From an uncultured Chloroflexia bacterium (GTDB taxonomy: Bacteria > Chloroflexota > Limnocylindria > Limnocylindrales > CSP1-4), in the NCBI GenBank assembly GCA_963707215.1, contig CAVPPB010000003.1:864001-928000 (forward strand): 64,000 nucleotides of DNA, read 5' to 3'. The position numbers and the translations under genes were made by a program. This document shows positions 9,673 to 21,710 of the stretch, piece after piece (within the stretch, counting starts at the first letter, position 1; each line of letters opens with the position of its first letter). The notes beneath the pieces are model-generated. The model was not told the origin of the DNA and searched no databases. It saw only the letters and a list, made by a program, of their open reading frames with translations.

Positions 9673-12600
9673 ATGATCTGTCCGACCTGTGGGGCGGCCA
9701 ACGAGGCCGGCCGCAAGTTCTGCGGCGAGTGCGGCACGCGACTGGCCGCTGCCTGTCCTGCGTGCGGAACGCCGAACCCGGCGGATACGAAGTTCTGCGG
9801 CGAGTGCGGCACGGCGCTGGCGGGGACATCAGCCGCCCGACCCACGTCGACCGTCCGGGCGGGCGGGATCGACGCGGTCCAAGCTCGGGTCGCCGAGCGA
9901 CGGCTCGTCTCGGTCCTCTTCGCCGACCTCGTCGGGTTCACGGCGCTGGCCGAGGGCCGCGACCCGGAGGAGACCCGCGAGCTGCTGTCCCGGTACTTCG
10001 ACCTGGCTCGCGAGGTCATCGAGCGCTACGGCGGCACGGTCGAGAAGTTCATCGGTGACGCCGTCATGGCGGTCTGGGGAGCCCCGGTCGCCCGCGAGGA
10101 CGACCCGGAGCGAGCGGTCCGGGCTGGTCTGGAGCTGGTGGACGCCGTGCAGAGCCTCGGCCCCTCGATCCAGGCCCGCTGCGGCGTCCTGACCGGCGAG
10201 GCCGCAGTCACGCTCGGCGCCGTCGGTGAGGGCATGGTCGCCGGCGACCTCGTCAACACGGCATCCCGTCTCCAGGCAGCCGCCCCGGTCGGCACGGTCC
10301 TGGTCGGCGAGGCGACCCAGCGGGCGGCGACCGCGGCGATCGTCTTCGAGCCGGCCGGCGAACAGGCGCTCAAGGGCAAGGCCACGCCGGTCGCCGCCTG
10401 GATCGCCCGCCGGGTCGTCGCCGAGCGGGGTGGCCGCAACCGGGCGGACGCCGTCGAGGCACCGTTCGTCGGCCGCGACGTCGAGCTGCGCCTGCTCAAG
10501 GACCTCTTCCACGCGACGGCGGCCGAGCGTCGGCCCCGCCTGATCTCCGTCACCGGCCAGGGCGGCATCGGCAAGAGCCGCCTCGCCTGGGAGTTCCTCA
10601 AGTACATCGACGGCCTCGTCGACGACGTCTACTGGCACCAGGGCCGTTCGCCGGCCTACGGCGAAGGGCTGGCGCTGTGGGCCCTCGGCGAGATGGTCCG
10701 CGAGCGGGCCGGGCTGACGGAGGGCGACGACGAGCAGACGACCCGGGCGCACCTCCGCGAGACCCTGGAGACGTTCGTCCCCGACGCGGCGGAGCGGAGC
10801 TGGCTGGAGCCCGCCCTGCTCACCCTCCTTGGCCACGGCGAGCCGATGCCCGCCACGGAGCAGCTGTTCGCCGCGTGGCGGACCTTCTTCGAGCGGATCG
10901 CTGCCCACGGCCCCACCGTCCTGGTCTTCGAGGATCTCCAGTGGGCCGACGCCACCCAGCTCGACTTCATCGACCACCTGCTCGAGTGGACCCGCGACGC
11001 CCGGCTGTTCGTCATCACGCTGGCTCGCCCCGAGCTCCTCGACCGACGCTCCGAGTGGACGGCGGGCCGACGAGGGTTCGCGGCCCTCGCGCTCGAGCCG
11101 CTCCGAGAGGCGGCGATGCGCGAGCTGCTCGACGGCCTGGCCCCCGGCCTGCCCGAGGCGACGGTCGGCCGCATCGTGGCCCGGGCCGACGGGATCCCGT
11201 TGTACGCCGTCGAGACCGTCCGGATGCTCGTCGCCGAGGGACGCCTCGTCGAGCAGGATGGGGCCTACCGACCGACCGGCGACCTCGGGTCGATCGCCAT
11301 CCCGGAGACCCTCCACGCGCTCATCGCCGCCCGACTCGACGCCCTCGACCCAGCGGACCGGGCCGTGGTCCAGGACGCCGCCATCCTTGGTGGCAGCTTC
11401 ACCCTGGGCGCCCTGGCCTCGCTGAGCGGACTCGATGAGACCGAGCTCGCAGGGCGACTCCGACGTCTGGTCCAGCGCGAGATCCTCGACCTCCAGGCCG
11501 ACCCTCGCAGCCCCGAGCGTGGGCAGTACGCCTTCGTCCAGGGACTCATCCGCGAGATCGCCTACGGATCGCTGGCTCGAGCCGACCGGAAGGTTCGTCA
11601 CCTTGCAGCCGCCCGGTACTTCGAGGGTCTGGGGACGGACGAGCTGGCCGGCGTGTTGGCGACCCACTACGCCGCCGCCTACGAGCTCGCGGCGGAGGGC
11701 CCGGAACGGGACGCCCTGGCGGCGCAGGCGCGCGTCGCCCTCCGTGGAGCGGCCGAGCGAGCCGTCGAGCTCGGCGCCAACGTGCCGGCCCTCGGCTATC
11801 TGCGCCAGGCTGCCGAGCTCACTGCCGATCCGGCCGAGCGGGCCGAGCTGCTGACCCGGGCCGGTCGGTCGGCGACCGCCGCCTTCCGCCGCGACGAAGC
11901 AGCGGATCTGCTCGCTGAGGCGGTCGAGCTGCTCCGAGCCGGGAGCGATCGTTCGGCCATCGCGAGCGCCATCGCCGCCCAGGGCCGGGTCACCGTCGAG
12001 CTCCTCCGCAGCCAGCAGGCGGTCGAGCTCCTCGTCGAGGGGCTCCAGGAGTTCACCGACCTCGGCGACGATCCCGCCCTGGCCGACCTGCGGACCCAGC
12101 TGTCGCGGGCGTACTTCATGCACGGCGAGCCCGAGCCCGCGATCCGGGAGGCCGAGGCGGTCCTGCCGACGCTCGAGCGACTGGGCCTCATCCCGCTGCT
12201 CGCCGACACGCTCGTGACCAAGGGCTCGGCGATGGGCTCCACCGGACGGCTGCGCGAGGGTCTGGCCATCCTCCGCGGCGGCCTGGACCTCGCCCGTGCC
12301 CACGGCATCGTCTCGACCGAGATGCGCGGCCTGGTGAACCTCTCTGCCCTGCTCACGACCGAGGATCCTCGGGCGGGCTTCGAGCTCGCCCGGGAGGGCA
12401 TCGCCCTTGCTGGGCGACTCGGCTGGCGCGGCCACATGGCCAGCATCGCCGCCAACGCCGCCACGCCAGCGGTCAGCTGCGGGGAGTGGGCGTGGGTCGA
12501 CGAGACCATCGGCCGGATCGTGGCCGATGAGCCCGACCCCCAGCTGCGGGCCTTCCTGGCGACGACCGCGGTCGAGATGCGGACCCTACGCCGCGAACTG

Positions 12601-13227
12601 CCGGAGGCCGAGATCGCCGAGCTGGAGCGGCTCTTCGCCGATGAGACCGACCCGAACCTGCGAACCAACGTGGCGGGGGTCCGGCCCTACCTCGACATGG
12701 CGGACGGCCGGTACGAGGCCGCCTACGCCGTGTTCAGCCAGCAGGCGACGCTCGACCCATTCTCGGCGTCGAACTTCCTGCTCGCGGCGACCGAGGCCGC
12801 GCTGTGGGGCGGCGACGCCGACCGCGCCGCTCGAGCCCTGGACTCGGTCACGGCCCTCGGCGCCCGGGGCCGCTACATGGACGCGGTCATCGAGGCCTCG
12901 CGGGCCGGGCTGGCTGCGCTACGCGGCGAGCGCGACGCCGCCCTTGTCGGGTTCCGCGCGGCGCTGGCCGGACTCCGTGAGCTCGGCGTCCCGCTCGAGG
13001 AAGCTCGCTACGCCACGATCGCGGCCGGGATCCTCGGCGCTGACGAGCCCGCGCTGCGGGAGCCTCTTGCCCGGGCACGGGAACTCTTCGAGCGGCTCGG
13101 AGCCGTCGTCATGCTCGAGCGCCTCGAGGCTGCGCCGGGCACCTCGACGGGTCGCGCGGCGGACGGTGCCGCGGCGGCCGCGGAGGCCGCCTCAGCCCCC
13201 GGCGAGTCGCTCGAGGGCGTCGGCTAG
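9673..13227 (+). CDS. Double zinc ribbon + class III adenylate/guanylate cyclase + STAND AAA ATPase + TPR-like repeats
   Basis: CPTC..CGEC..CPAC..CGEC; FADLVGFT, KFIGDAVMA, GDLVNTASRLQ; Walker A GQGGIGKS, Walker B VFEDLQWAD; helical repeat C-terminus; SD-like GGGAG before ATG 9673. Confidence 0.9.
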   Translation: MICPTCGAANEAGRKFCGECGTRLAAACPACGTPNPADTKFCGECGTALAGTSAARPTSTVRAGGIDAVQARVAERRLVSVLFADLVGFTALAEGRDPEETRELLSRYFDLAREVIERYGGTVEKFIGDAVMAVWGAPVAREDDPERAVRAGLELVDAVQSLGPSIQARCGVLTGEAAVTLGAVGEGMVAGDLVNTASRLQAAAPVGTVLVGEATQRAATAAIVFEPAGEQALKGKATPVAAWIARRVVAERGGRNRADAVEAPFVGRDVELRLLKDLFHATAAERRPRLISVTGQGGIGKSRLAWEFLKYIDGLVDDVYWHQGRSPAYGEGLALWALGEMVRERAGLTEGDDEQTTRAHLRETLETFVPDAAERSWLEPALLTLLGHGEPMPATEQLFAAWRTFFERIAAHGPTVLVFEDLQWADATQLDFIDHLLEWTRDARLFVITLARPELLDRRSEWTAGRRGFAALALEPLREAAMRELLDGLAPGLPEATVGRIVARADGIPLYAVETVRMLVAEGRLVEQDGAYRPTGDLGSIAIPETLHALIAARLDALDPADRAVVQDAAILGGSFTLGALASLSGLDETELAGRLRRLVQREILDLQADPRSPERGQYAFVQGLIREIAYGSLARADRKVRHLAAARYFEGLGTDELAGVLATHYAAAYELAAEGPERDALAAQARVALRGAAERAVELGANVPALGYLRQAAELTADPAERAELLTRAGRSATAAFRRDEAADLLAEAVELLRAGSDRSAIASAIAAQGRVTVELLRSQQAVELLVEGLQEFTDLGDDPALADLRTQLSRAYFMHGEPEPAIREAEAVLPTLERLGLIPLLADTLVTKGSAMGSTGRLREGLAILRGGLDLARAHGIVSTEMRGLVNLSALLTTEDPRAGFELAREGIALAGRLGWRGHMASIAANAATPAVSCGEWAWVDETIGRIVADEPDPQLRAFLATTAVEMRTLRRELPEAEIAELERLFADETDPNLRTNVAGVRPYLDMADGRYEAAYAVFSQQATLDPFSASNFLLAATEAALWGGDADRAARALDSVTALGARGRYMDAVIEASRAGLAALRGERDAALVGFRAALAGLRELGVPLEEARYATIAAGILGADEPALREPLARARELFERLGAVVMLERLEAAPGTSTGRAADGAAAAAEAASAPGESLEGVG

Positions 13228-14034
13228 CTCGGAGGCGTCGGCCGCCAGCGCCTCCGGCCGCTCGTCGGGAGGCAGCGCCTCGACCTGCTCGCGCGTCGAG
13301 ATCCCGGTGAGCATGAAGATGCAGCGGGCCCCGACCGCCCGGGCCGCGGCAAGGTCCGTGCGCAGGCCGTCACCGATCATGATCGCGTCCCGGGCCTCTC
13401 CCCCGACCGCGTGGGCGGCCAGCTCCAGGAGCCACGGCTCTGGCTTGCCGATGCTGACTGGGGTCACGCCGGTCGTCGCCTCGACGGCCGCCACGATGGA
13501 TCCCGCGCCGGGTCGGACGGCCCGCTCGGTCGGGTAGACCGGGTCGCGATTGGTGGCGATGAAGCGGGCTCCCGCCCGGATCGCGTCGGCGGCCGCGGCA
13601 AGCCGCAGATACGTCAGCTGGGGGTCCAGGCCCACGACGACGGCGTCCGGCCGCCCGGCAGCCGCGGCCCCGTCCAGCCCTTCCTGGGCCATCCGGGTGG
13701 CCGCGCTGGCCGCCGTCACGACCTCCAGGCCCGCGTCCCGCATCTCGCGCTCCAGGCCCCCAGCGCCGAGCACGAGGACGCGACGGACCTCGGGGTGGCG
13801 CTCGACCAGGTAGCGGGCAGTCGCCCGGGCCGACGAGACGATCCGGTCCGGGTCCACCGGGGCCCCCATCGCCGTGAGCCGGGCCACGTAGTCGGCCCGG
13901 TAGTGCATCGAGTTGTTGGTCACGTAGACGACGTCGTCACCCCGGGCGGCCCGGGCGGCCAGCACCGCGGCCACGCCGGGGACCGGATCGGCGCCGCGAT
14001 AGACGACGCCGTCGAGGTCGACGAGCAGGAGCAT
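13192..14034 (-). CDS. HAD-IIA family hydrolase (NagD-like nucleotidase/phosphatase)
   Basis: DLDGVVY motif I, VTNNS motif II, TNRD, GKP, IGDGLRTD, LTG. Confidence 0.9.
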   Translation of the reverse strand: MLLLVDLDGVVYRGADPVPGVAAVLAARAARGDDVVYVTNNSMHYRADYVARLTAMGAPVDPDRIVSSARATARYLVERHPEVRRVLVLGAGGLEREMRDAGLEVVTAASAATRMAQEGLDGAAAAGRPDAVVVGLDPQLTYLRLAAAADAIRAGARFIATNRDPVYPTERAVRPGAGSIVAAVEATTGVTPVSIGKPEPWLLELAAHAVGGEARDAIMIGDGLRTDLAAARAVGARCIFMLTGISTREQVEALPPDERPEALAADASELADALERLAGG

Positions 14035-14065
14035 GCCCAGAGGGTAGCGGTGCGAAGATGGGGGC

Positions 14066-14683
14066 GTGACACGACCCTCCCGCGACCCCCTGGCCGGCGT
14101 CGAGCTGCTGCTCGTCGACGGGACGAACCTGCTCCACGCGATCCGGCGCGGGGCGGGCCCGGCTCCGTCGTCGGCGGTCATCGGCCGGCTGCGGGCAGCG
14201 ATCCCGGCCGCCATCCGCGTGGAGCTCGTCTTCGACGGCCCGCCGCCGCCCGGCTCCGGCGGCCGGATCGCCCATGGCGTCGGGGTGCGCTACGCGGGCC
14301 GGATCTCGGCCGACGACCACATCCGGGGCCTCGTCGAGACCCTCCCGCGACCCGGCCCGCACGAGGACCCGGGGGTGCTGGTCGTCAGCGACGACGCCGA
14401 GCTGCGCCGGTCGCTCCGGGACATGGGGGTCACCACCACCCGAACGGCCTGGCTCATGGCCCGGCTCGAGCGGACGAAGCTGGCGTCGCCGTCCGTCGGG
14501 GCGGCCAGAGCCCCGCGACCGGGAGCCACGGTCGGTTCCGGCAGCCCGCCGGTCGGGGCTGACGACGGTGGCGTGGAGGGGCGCCGGCCCTGGCGACCGG
14601 GGCGGGGGGCGACGAGCAAGACGGGTAACCCGCGCAGGGCCCCGAAGCGCTCGCGGCATCCTCCGGGCTCTCCACGCGCCTGA
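14066..14683 (+). CDS. NYN/PIN-domain protein (YacP/Rae1-like)
   Basis: LLVDGTNL, LVFDG, SADDHI, VVSDD acidic motifs; basic C-terminal tail. Confidence 0.75.
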   Translation: MTRPSRDPLAGVELLLVDGTNLLHAIRRGAGPAPSSAVIGRLRAAIPAAIRVELVFDGPPPPGSGGRIAHGVGVRYAGRISADDHIRGLVETLPRPGPHEDPGVLVVSDDAELRRSLRDMGVTTTRTAWLMARLERTKLASPSVGAARAPRPGATVGSGSPPVGADDGGVEGRRPWRPGRGATSKTGNPRRAPKRSRHPPGSPRA

Positions 14684-14745
14684 GCCTCGGACCCCGCGGC
14701 CCGCGCCGTGCGCACCCGACCGGTGACGGCTGCTAGGATGCGCCC

Positions 14746-15222
14746 GTGATCACCGACCAGCTGCAGCAGGCCTGGGACGCGCTGCTCGAACTCACCTCCC
14801 AGTTCGTCATCCCCGACTGGGGCTGGCTCGTCTCGATGATCCCGGTCATCGTCCTGCTGCTGATCGTCGCTCCCCTCGTCACGCTCATCGTCCTGGGCTG
14901 GCTGATCTACCTCGTCAGAAAGCCCCGAACCAGCGTGAAGTACGACGAGGACGTCCGGCGCGCGGCCTCCGACCCATCTGGTGCGCCGGTCTTCCCCCCG
15001 GGGGAGCCATACTGTGCCCGCGACCGGCTGATCTACCCCAGCGGCACGAACCGCTGCGCGGAGTGTCGCGACCTCCTCCTCGTCGTCTGCCCGAAGTGCG
15101 GACTCGGGCGGGCCGCCGAGATCGACACCTGCAGCGACTGCGGCCTCGTCCTCAAGGTCGTGCCACGGGCCCGGGTCCTGCGCCCTGCCGGTCCGCCGCC
15201 GGACGGCGCGGCCGCCGCCTGA
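14746..15222 (+). CDS. Hypothetical membrane protein with C-terminal zinc-ribbon motifs
   Basis: Long hydrophobic segment followed by CARD, CAEC, CPKC, CSDC; TGnTAGGAT -10 six nt before GTG. Confidence 0.75.
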   Translation: MITDQLQQAWDALLELTSQFVIPDWGWLVSMIPVIVLLLIVAPLVTLIVLGWLIYLVRKPRTSVKYDEDVRRAASDPSGAPVFPPGEPYCARDRLIYPSGTNRCAECRDLLLVVCPKCGLGRAAEIDTCSDCGLVLKVVPRARVLRPAGPPPDGAAAA

Positions 15223-15279
15223 CCCCGGGTCTCGCCCCGACCAGCGTCCCTTCCCCGCGCCGACCAGGAGGCCTCGGCC

Positions 15280-16221
15280 ATGGATCTCGCCGCCACCGCC
15301 CAGGCCGCCTTCAGCGTCGGCGTGATCCTGCTGCTCATCGCCTTCGCCGCCCACGTTGGTCACGCGGTCCTCGTCGCCAACGGGCGGCGCTCGCTGGTGG
15401 TCCTCGCCGCTGCATCCGAGCCCGCCTACGCAGGGGTCGCCAGCGGCTCATTCGTGGAGGCCCGCGCTCGGCGCGACGAGCACCCCGACCCCTCCGCCTC
15501 GGACACGCCGGTGGGCGCCCTCGCCATCGGGTCCGCCATCGGTGCGACGTTGCTCCTCGGCCTCTCCCTGGTCATGCGGGGGATCGTCGTCGGCCGGGGG
15601 CCCTGGGGCAATCTCTACGAGTTCACCGTTGCCTTCGTCTTCACCATCCTCGTCGGCTACCTGCTCCTCCAGCGGCGCTACCCGATCCGGACGATCGGCT
15701 TCATCCCGGTCGGCGTGGCCGCGATCATGGCCCTCTACGCCGCCTCCCTGCCGTCCGAGGTCCGGCCGTTGGTGCCGGCCCTCCAGAATGCGCCCCTCCT
15801 GACGGTCCACGTCGGGATGGCGGTGCTGGCCTACGGGATCCTGGCGACCTCGTTCGCGGCAGGGGTGGCCTACCTGGCCCAGGGCACCGAAGACCGCTTC
15901 GCCTGGCTGCCCTCGCACAAGGTCCTCGACCGGGTCGCCCATCGTTCGGTGGTCATCGGCTTCCCGATCTTCGCGACCATGATCATCCTCGGTTCCTGGT
16001 GGGCCTCGATCGCCTGGTCCCGCTACTGGGGCTGGGATCCCAAGGAGACCGCCGCCCTGGTGACCTGGCTCGTCTACGCCGTCTACCTCCACGCGCGGAC
16101 CCGCCGCTCCTGGGCCGGACGCCCGGCCGCGCTTCTGCTCGTGGTCGGCTTCGTGATGGTCCTCGTCACCTACTCGGGCAGCCTCTGGTTCAGCGGCCTG
16201 CACTCGTACAGCGGGCTCTAG
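15280..16221 (+). CDS. ccsB: Cytochrome c biogenesis protein CcsB/CcsA (ResC, system II heme synthase subunit)
   Basis: PWGNLYEF, LVPALQ, VHV, WWD motif WASIAWSRYWGWDPKET, YLHAR, GLHSY; SD AGGAGG. Confidence 0.92.
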   Translation: MDLAATAQAAFSVGVILLLIAFAAHVGHAVLVANGRRSLVVLAAASEPAYAGVASGSFVEARARRDEHPDPSASDTPVGALAIGSAIGATLLLGLSLVMRGIVVGRGPWGNLYEFTVAFVFTILVGYLLLQRRYPIRTIGFIPVGVAAIMALYAASLPSEVRPLVPALQNAPLLTVHVGMAVLAYGILATSFAAGVAYLAQGTEDRFAWLPSHKVLDRVAHRSVVIGFPIFATMIILGSWWASIAWSRYWGWDPKETAALVTWLVYAVYLHARTRRSWAGRPAALLLVVGFVMVLVTYSGSLWFSGLHSYSGL

Positions 16222-16279
16222 GGCCCGGCCATCGGGTCGTCCCCGGGCTGTCAGCCGATCGCCACCCGGGCGCCCGTCG

Positions 16280-16309
16280 TTGCAGAACATAGAACGGCTG
16301 TTCTATACT
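16280..16309 (+). promoter_or_regulatory. Sigma70-type promoter (TTGCAG-N18-TATACT) containing a LexA/SOS box
   Basis: ATAGAAC-GGCT-GTTCTAT palindrome at 16289-16306 matches GAAC-N4-GTTC and sits between -35 (16280-16285) and -10 (16304-16309). Confidence 0.7.
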
Positions 16310-16342
16310 CGAGAGGATCGCCGGCCGTCCTCCGGTCCGCAT

Positions 16343-16454
16343 CGTGGATGTCTCGCGGCGCCCTCGTGGATGACCTCGCCGACGGCGTGGACAACCGGAC
16401 GGGTGACTGTGGACGAGCGGTGGACGAGCGTGGCCCTGGTCAGCGTCGTCCACG
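16343..16454 (+). promoter_or_regulatory. Array of DnaA-box-like 9-mers (NGTGGA[C/T][G/A]N)
   Basis: cgtggatgt 16343, cgtggatga 16365, cgtggacaa 16386, tgtggacga 16408, ggtggacga 16419, inverted tcgtccacg 16446; resemble TGTGGA(T/C)AA. Confidence 0.55.
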
Positions 16455-16498
16455 ACATGTAGCGGTCTGGTGGTGCACCCGACCACAACATCTTGTGG
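16450..16498. promoter_or_regulatory. Tandem NrdR boxes
   Basis: CCACGACATGTAGCGG (16450-16465) and CCACAACATCTTGTGG (16483-16498), 33 bp apart, resemble acaCwAtATaTwGtgt; directly upstream of an RNR gene. Confidence 0.8.
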
Positions 16499-16506
16499 TT
16501 TCGGGG

Positions 16507-16535
16507 TTGACTCGCCCTCGCGGGACGCGTATCGT
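16507..16535 (+). promoter_or_regulatory. Second sigma70-type promoter for nrdJ (TTGACT-N17-TATCGT)
   Basis: -35 at 16507-16512 and -10 at 16530-16535 with a 17-bp spacer, immediately after the NrdR boxes. Confidence 0.65.
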
Positions 16536-16712
16536 TCAAGGGTCGCCCGATCGACCGGACCGCCCCCGGCGGACCCTCCCCCGACCCCCCGGCCGTGGGT
16601 TCGTCGACCCCGACAGGGACCGGTCGAACGATGGTGATGAGCGATGAAGGCGCAGCCTGCGACCGGGACCCAGCCCGGCAGCGCGCAAGAGCGTGACGAG
16701 GAGAGACGAAGG

Positions 16713-19762
<3,050 letters not shown>

Positions 19763-19785
19763 GCCACCCCTTCCTCGCGATCAGC

Positions 19786-19813
19786 GACGGGCCGGTCGGG
19801 CGACCGGCCCGTC
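19786..19813. terminator. GC-rich hairpin between convergent genes
   Basis: GACGGGCCGGTCG-GG-CGACCGGCCCGTC perfect inverted repeat. Confidence 0.7.
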
Positions 19814-19826
19814 CGCATGTCCAGGA

Positions 19827-21503
19827 TCAGGCGGCGTCCGGATCCTCGGCGCGCATCGCCTCCTCCAGCTGGCGGCCGTACTGCCAGCGCTCGACGAGGG
19901 CGCCGACGTTGACGGGCTCCGCGGCCATCGTCTCGGCCGGTCGGGCCAGCAGGAAGCCCTGGGCCGCATGCAGCCCGAGCGAGCGGATCACCTCGAGGTG
20001 CTGCGGGGTCTCGACACCCTCGGCCACGATCGTCGCGCCCCAGCGGTCGGCCAGGCCGCGGAGTGCCCGCAGGACGCTCTCGCCGGCCTCGCCGAGGATC
20101 CCCCGCTGGACCAGCGAGAGATCCACCTTGACGATGTCGAAGCGGATCTGGCTCAGCAGGCTGAGCCCGGCATTGCCCGCGCCGACGTCGTCGATGGCGG
20201 TCCGGAAGCCGACGGCCTGGCAGGCCTCGAGGTTGCGCTGGAGGCGACCGAGGTCGCTGACGGTCTCGCGCTCGGTGATCTCGATGACGACCTGGCCCGA
20301 CGGGATCCCGTGGCGAGCCAGGATCGCGATGACGTCCATCGGCGAGAAGTCGGTCGCCTCGATCGTCCTCGGCGAGACATTGATGCCCAGGTGGCAGTCG
20401 GGCGGCAAGGCGCCGGCGCCGGCCGCGACCGCCTCGATGGCCGCCAGGTCGAGCTCGACGGTCCGGCCGACAGCCTCCGCGGCCACGAAGAGTGACGAGG
20501 CATCCGGGAAGCCGGTCGAGGGGTCGGGTCGGACCAGGCCCTCGTAGGCGATGGGCTGGCCGGAGGCGACGTCGAAGATGGCCTGGTAGACGGGTCGCAA
20601 GGCCCGGTTCGCGACGACGGTCGCGACGGCCGCCGAGAGTTCGGGGACGGATCGGTCGTCGCCCGTCACGGCGTGGCGTGTCGGGTCGAAGACCTCCACG
20701 GAAGTGCGCCCGTGGCGCTTCGCCGAGTACAGCGCCGCGTCGGCGTGGAGGCGGAGCTGGCCGGCGTCCGTGCTCGGCTCCGGGAAGGACGTCACGCCCG
20801 CCGAGAAGGAGAAGACCGGGAACGCCAGCTCCGTCGTCCGGCCCTCCAGGGCGCCGGCGAGCAGGCGACGGGCCGTGACGTAGGCGGTCTCCTGGTCGGC
20901 ACCGGGCAGCAGGATGGCGAACTCGTCGCCGCCGATCCGGAAGGCCAGGTCGCCACGCCGGATCGCCGCGCCGATGAGCCGCCCCATCGTCGCCAGCAGC
21001 CGGTCGCCGGCCGCGTGACCCTGTCCGTCGTTGACGGCCTTGAGATCATCCAGGTCGATGAGGATCAGGGCGATGGCCTCGTCCTCGCGGCGGTCACGGT
21101 CGACCCGCTTGGACAGCTCCTCCTCGAAGGCCCGCTGGTTGCCGAGCCCGGTCAGCGAGTCACGCAAGGCGTCGAGGCGAGCTCGCTCGAAGAGTTCGAG
21201 GAAGCGTCGCCGCTCGTCCTCGACCGAGAGGACCGGGGCGATGACCCAGGCGGCCCACCTGGGGACCGCGGCCATCGTCGCCAGGCCGGCGCCGAGGGCG
21301 AGCAGCCCGATCACGAAGGGTGCGCCCGGGACGCCGGCCAGGAGGGTCACGACGACGCCCACCACGGAAACCACCGCGCCGAGCGCCAGGAGGCTCCGCC
21401 TGAGGCGCTCGCGCACCTGCCGGATCAGCCCGATGCCGTCGGTTGACGGCGGGGTGGTCACGGCCCGGTCGCCACGCATGGGCTCAGCGCGCGCGGTCAT
21501 CAC
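19827..21503 (-). CDS. Membrane-anchored diguanylate cyclase/phosphodiesterase (GGDEF-EAL)
   Basis: Two N-terminal TM segments; DSLTGLGN, RRGD I-site, GGDEF; EGL, DDVGAG, KVD, EGVE, QGF; start uncertain. Confidence 0.9.
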   Translation of the reverse strand: MMTARAEPMRGDRAVTTPPSTDGIGLIRQVRERLRRSLLALGAVVSVVGVVVTLLAGVPGAPFVIGLLALGAGLATMAAVPRWAAWVIAPVLSVEDERRRFLELFERARLDALRDSLTGLGNQRAFEEELSKRVDRDRREDEAIALILIDLDDLKAVNDGQGHAAGDRLLATMGRLIGAAIRRGDLAFRIGGDEFAILLPGADQETAYVTARRLLAGALEGRTTELAFPVFSFSAGVTSFPEPSTDAGQLRLHADAALYSAKRHGRTSVEVFDPTRHAVTGDDRSVPELSAAVATVVANRALRPVYQAIFDVASGQPIAYEGLVRPDPSTGFPDASSLFVAAEAVGRTVELDLAAIEAVAAGAGALPPDCHLGINVSPRTIEATDFSPMDVIAILARHGIPSGQVVIEITERETVSDLGRLQRNLEACQAVGFRTAIDDVGAGNAGLSLLSQIRFDIVKVDLSLVQRGILGEAGESVLRALRGLADRWGATIVAEGVETPQHLEVIRSLGLHAAQGFLLARPAETMAAEPVNVGALVERWQYGRQLEEAMRAEDPDAA

Positions 21504-21710
21504 CGGCGAGCCTACGCCGCCCGGTGCGTCCGGGCCGTCCGCCGAAGGTACCAGCCGGTCCGGCAGACGGACCAGCCCGTGGCCGTAGGCGGCGCTCCCG
21601 CGCGGGGGCGGGACCTGTCACCGCGATGCCGCCGGACCATGGCATCCTGCTCCCGGGACCCCGGGAGGGCGATCGCGCCGCCTCGCAGCCCGGACGCCAG
21701 GGAGCACGCC

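Noticed and set aside
8499-13227. RADAR-type defence system (adenosine deaminase + ATPase)
   Set aside because: The ADA is normal-sized and housekeeping-like, and the ATPase is a cyclase-STAND protein, not RdrA-like.
16348-16647. 99-aa ORF in the nrdJ leader
   Set aside because: It overlaps the NrdR boxes and promoter, has low-complexity Arg/Pro/Gly composition and no recognisable motif; regulatory DNA explains the region better.
16222-16712. Cobalamin riboswitch or intein/intron associated with nrdJ
   Set aside because: No B12-box consensus is visible, and the protein shows no insertion or intein motifs.
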